A stretch of 63,987 nt of DNA, the filler included, from Licmophora abbreviata (lineage: Eukaryota), in assembly GCA_900291995.1 (NCBI GenBank). It is 17 parts of 17 records of this genome, joined end to end, with 100 filler letters (N's around TTAATTAATTAA, not from the genome) between each part and the next. Parts side by side here need not be neighbours in the genome. Positions count along the whole stretch, not along the records: positions 57,609 to 62,097 come from OLMU01005213.1; positions 62,198 to 63,987 come from OLMU01005224.1; 15 more parts are not named here. The stretch is one strand, 5' to 3'. A program made the position numbers and the translations under genes. Of the stretch, positions 59,599 through 63,987 are shown piece by piece. Within the stretch, counting starts at the first letter, position 1; the number at the start of each line of letters is the position of its first letter. Under the pieces are notes generated by a model. It was not told where the DNA came from and searched no databases. It was given only the letters and a program-made list of their open reading frames with translations.

Positions 59599-62097
59599 GG
59601 ATCCAATCCTGGCTCCACACTCGAGGCAGTTGGTTTTGGAGATCAACCAATCGTGGGTTGTTTTTAAGTCGCCAAGGTCTAAAAGACAGCAACGGAGAGG
59701 TGAGAGCCAGCACCAAAGGTTCGTGACATGAATGGGGCCACAGGTCTGAACCGCAGGGTAGGGTGAAAATGAGGTCCGAGGCCTTGCGAAGCTGCTTTCG
59801 CCAAGCATAAGTCATCAACGCCGGACACACGAAAATGTGAGCGTTCCAAGGTCGCGCGAGAATCGGCTCGCACATGAGCTCGAGTGTCGCCTGCGCAATT
59901 GCCGGAGGAGGTGCCCAGATGAAACTCCCGTCCCTTGTTGGAGCATGGAACCAGTCAGCCGGGGAGCAAACCTGCCACTTGGTCTTTCTAGGAAAAGTAA
60001 GACGGAGCCAGGCCACCAGGTTTGGGCTCAAATCGAGAGCAGTCCTTGCCAAGGGGACGAAGCCGAGGAAGGATTTCCCAGACAAAACCCCGCTTGTAAG
60101 ATCTCCACGCGATGCTCCGTCGGTGCCCTGCACTATCATCCTCGTTCCGGCCACCCATACAAAATGAATAAACAGCTGCCCCTTCATTTCCAAAGAGCGG
60201 AGTCGCTGGACAAGATCATGCAATTTTGGAGTAGTAGCCCCACCACGATGAAACACCATTTCCGAGACGAAATTGTCAGTGAAAAGAAAGAGCTCCGAGC
60301 CGAAAGCGATCTTTCCCGTCTCCAACAATTCTTCAAGTCTCCTCACGAAGTTGGCAAGCTCTCGGAAGTTGGACGACCGCTCCGAAATCTCGGACCGCCA
60401 AGTTCCATGAGAAACGTCGATTCTGCCGTCTTGGTTGGACCAAAGCGTGGTCCCAAAACCGCCTCCCGAGGCATCTCCGAACAACAGAGCTACCAAGGTA
60501 CCAGTAGGGCGCACCAGTTGTCGAGGGGGTTCTAGTGCACGGGTGAAGTCGAACAACGCTTGAACGTCGTTTTTCAAACGGGGAACTGCCCAAACATGGC
60601 GTGGGGGTTGTTCGCTCATCGAGTCGATCCCAGGAACTTCCATAGCTAGATCATCATCCCCGTCTTCGTCGAGATACGCCTGCCACCCGAACTCGTCCTG
60701 ACCCAATCCTCCGGTGGACTTTGAGATTTTCCATCCATCCGAATCTCTCTCGGGCCGCCAGGAATTCAACGTCAAGTACAGTCCTTTCAAATAGGGTTTC
60801 ATGGACTTGTAGGTTCTAGAAGCGTAGACCAAGAAACTTGTTATGGACTCCAAGCGCTTGAAAGGGATTGTACCTGCCGGTCCGGTGTCGTCAAAAACGT
60901 CTAGCATTGCCTCTGGACAGAGGTCCCGATGGCCCAAAAGCTGGGATCGAATCCAACCTATGCGATCCTGCACCTTGGACCACCGCTCGGGGGAGAGCGT
61001 CCGGAAGACCGATGCTCGCCCATCGGCCTCCAACACTGTCCCTGCCCATGCCCCCGGGGTCGCAGAGGACTCTCTCCTTTTCCGGGCCGCGTCCTGCAAG
61101 CCCAACCAAGTGCACGTAGTGGCCACTTGTTGACTCGCTCTCCAAGCTTCTTCAACATCACTTCCAGTGTTCCGATTGTCGTCAATATACAGCCTGATAT
61201 CGGAAGCAATGCGGCCATCCTCGCGACACTTCCACATCCAGGGGTGCCTAGGGTCGTACGCGGGCGTACCCGGCAAATTTAACACGACTCGCGACCACCG
61301 AAAAGGATTGTTGTCATCTCCAGAGTCGCCGAGGGTCAGGTACTTTGCACGCGTGGACGACTGGGCTCCCTGATAAGGAGAGCCTGTCAGGCCCATCGCG
61401 GGCCTATTCCATTTCAGATATACGCCCCTGCCCTCATCCATTTCTGGAAACAAGCTTGTGACCTCGACACCCGTGTAGCCTTGCATGTCGGCATGCAGCC
61501 GAAAATTAAGGAACATCTCTCCGTAGTCATTGTCTGCCTGAATCGTGTAAGGCATAACGATCTTCTCCAAGCTTTCGCCCGAAGGGAGTGCAAACCAAGG
61601 GGCCCAAGTTGCTCCATTCAATCCACTCCTAGAGCCGTCGTACACCATCCGAATATCCGGGTCAGTCCCGTCCGATGCCTTGGGTACAGAGAATTTGTGC
61701 ATTACGGATGTGATGTCCTCCACCGGCACCCTTTCCAGGTAGCCCTTGTCTATGACTGACATGATCTTCTGCCTTTCCTTTTCCCGCAATGTCGGATCTC
61801 GCTGAACCTGCTCCCGATCGAAACACTTGGGCGGCGTATTGCTGAACCTCGGGGCCAGACCGTCTCGAGTTTCACGCACGTACTCCTGCGGCCACCTCCA
61901 GAAAAAGGGAAACGAGCCCTTGTCCCAGTTCCACCACGATGATTCGCAGGCGTGCCACAAAGCGATGCACGCCGCGCGATCTGTCGCGACTGCTTCCTTC
62001 TCGTCACGAAACCAACCCTGAGTTTGGGCCTGTGCCTTCCATCCCAGGTAGCTCACGTATACTCTCCTCTTCCACCACGGAAGAAGCAGGCGATCCC
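59498..62097 (-). CDS. Pol: reverse transcriptase + RNase H + MTase-like tail (5' partial)
   Basis: FSVPK..D.RMVYDG, DYGEMFLNF, MGLTGSPY and YIDD (RT); GDASGGGFG, SNFREL, FTDN and TDGASRG (RNase H); FIWAPPP. Confidence 0.93.
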
Positions 62098-62197
62098 NNN
62101 NNNNNNNNNNNNNNNNNNNNNNNNNNNNNNNNNNNNNNNNNTTAATTAATTAANNNNNNNNNNNNNNNNNNNNNNNNNNNNNNNNNNNNNNNNNNNN

Positions 62198-63927
62198 GCT
62201 ATGTCACTACCCGATCCGACTCCAATTGCCTCACGGTGGACCTCCATGGCGCTCAAAGCTGCCAATTCTGAATTGTAATTCAACACGTTAGCGTGGTTGT
62301 TTGATACGTGGCCGTTGGGTGACGAACAAGATTCGTTGTCATCGTCTCCACATGTGTTTGGCACTCCATCGGAGAGGAAAAACAAGAGATTCGAGCCGCC
62401 TGAATGGGGAGCGTCATTCTCAAAATATTCCACGACTTTGTCGAGAGCATCGTCAAAGTTGGTGATTCCTCCATGTCGTAGGGCAACGAGCTTGTTGTAG
62501 ATATCAGGGTTGATTGCGCTCTCGTCATTCGGATCACTTGGAGGGAAGTGGCCCAAATATGATGCTGTCTGAGAGAACTTGATCAGGCCAATGTCGACAT
62601 TTTCATTGTTCAAGTTGGAGGATGCCGCAACTGATTCGATCATTGCAATTATGGAGGCGATCTCTGCGTCTAAGATCTTGTCAGCGTATCCGTCTCCATT
62701 CACGTCTCCGATTGAGGTCCCTCCAAAATTTCCGCTTGTACTTCCCGAGACGTCGATCACAATTGCGATGTTGAAGGGTGGGACGTAGGTTGGAATGGTG
62801 ACAGTACCTTCCACGCAAGTGTTTCCGTTTCCTGTGAACGTTTGAGTCCTCATCGAAAACCTTTGGGTTTGATCTGCACCAGGAATTACTTGCAAGTCTG
62901 TAAGGGTCTGCATCTCTCCAATACAGACGCCGTTGTCTGGCAGCATTTTCTGGTACCCCTCAAATCCGGGACCACTGCAATGGCCGTGATAGATTTCAGG
63001 CTCGTACGTTCCGTTCGAAACGCTGACTGGTGAATTAAGACACCCATCTTCGAATTCACTTCGCGTGGCATGCCATTCTTCAATGGCGTCGCGACAAATA
63101 TCAGGCATGGTATTGTTGTCGTATGCACAGTTCCAGGGCTCCCCACAGGTAGACCCGAGAGTGGCAACTTTCATCTCGGTAAAATTTTCACTGCAGCCGG
63201 GATCATTGATTGCATCACCGTAGCTGCAGGGATCCAATGTGGTGACCGCATCAGAGTCCCCGTAGTGCAAACTCAAGACACCGCCGAGGCTCAGCTCAGT
63301 GATACCGGTATCATTCCATCCCGTGATGGGATTATACGTAGATTGTTGGATGTCTTGTTGGATGGCATCGAACGTTGTCTGGTTAGGCTTGATGACCATA
63401 AAACCAGTATTCACGGGCTCCGGTGTTCCGGGCAATGGAGTCGGGCTTCCTGGAGTAGGTGGCTGCGGTGACAACAGAACCTCCTTGGTGGGGTCAGCGA
63501 GGAGTTGGGTATAGATGTCGTTTGGCGAGCCTAGCATTTGCGTGGTGGGATCGATGATGGCAATGAGATCGTGCTCGTCCATTGCGAAAGCATTGAGAGC
63601 AATAAGGCTGTTAAGTTCACCGTAAGCAATGGCGTCCTCGACCTCAGGGTCTTCGACGGCTGTCGTGTTGACATTTTCGCCCCAAATCTTGACCCAAAAA
63701 CCAAGATCTTCAAGGACTTGCACACGGTCGTAGTCCGTTCCATCCGGGCCTTGACACGTGACACCATCCGGATGGACAATGGCGTAAAAGGTATGGGTGT
63801 AAAGGTTGCCTCCCGTCTCGTGGGCTTGATTGACGTTAAGGGTAAGAGTAAGCATCGAGTCAAAGAAGGCTCTCCCCGGGTCGATTTGTCCCTCGGCGAA
63901 TGTCTCTGGACAGTTTGGCACCGGCAC
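62198..63927 (-). CDS. GT8-like glycosyltransferase domain fused to von Willebrand A domain (both ends incomplete)
   Basis: YAIVHP, VNTGFMVIKPNQTTF and CGEPWNC (GT8-like); IVIDVSGST, GGITNFDDAL and FLSDGVPN (vWA MIDAS). Confidence 0.75.
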
Positions 63928-63987
63928 GACATAGCCAATGTCTGTGGGGGCGGATCAAGCGGGGGGCGTGGATCCTACGTGCGTTGT

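Larger units (their letters stand above)
57609..62097 (-). mobile_element. DIRS-like tyrosine-recombinase retrotransposon (5' part lost in gap)
   Basis: RT-RNase H ORF overlapping a downstream tyrosine recombinase ORF; no DDE integrase or protease seen; structured 3' non-coding tail. Confidence 0.9.

Overview
Eukaryotic nuclear DNA, almost certainly from a diatom. The evidence is nucleus-encoded petC with an ASAFAP-type bipartite plastid presequence, short GT-AG introns and diatom-typical gene families. The window is a draft scaffold of 17 contigs joined by artificial 100-nt linkers (N-run/TTAATTAATTAA/N-run), and several genes carry single-base homopolymer indels that look like sequencing errors. 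Gene-dense housekeeping blocks include petC, ALG11, AMT, two TMEM144-like genes, a Trx-UBA-ZnF-PUB protein, a SET protein, Mpv17, CSN3, WDR76, cytochrome c, PRP16, a lipocalin, an FKBP-TPR protein, PCC1, a DUF6824 protein, an HDAC, a PsbP-like protein, two O-fucosyltransferases and a DUF3054 protein. A transposon-rich island at about 24.3-35 kb holds a non-LTR RNase H relic, three same-strand degenerate copies of an intron-containing, RT-less tyrosine-recombinase gene (Crypton-like, with an unrecognised conserved C-terminal domain), a 72-bp tandem array directly upstream of one copy, and a probable LTR. Near the end is a near-intact DIRS-like tyrosine-recombinase retrotransposon with a hairpin-dense 3' non-coding region. 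Other notable genes are a bacterial-type amino-methyltransferase-like gene with a GPPY motif and a GT8-like/vWA fusion. All family calls come from motif recognition by eye; no database search was run.
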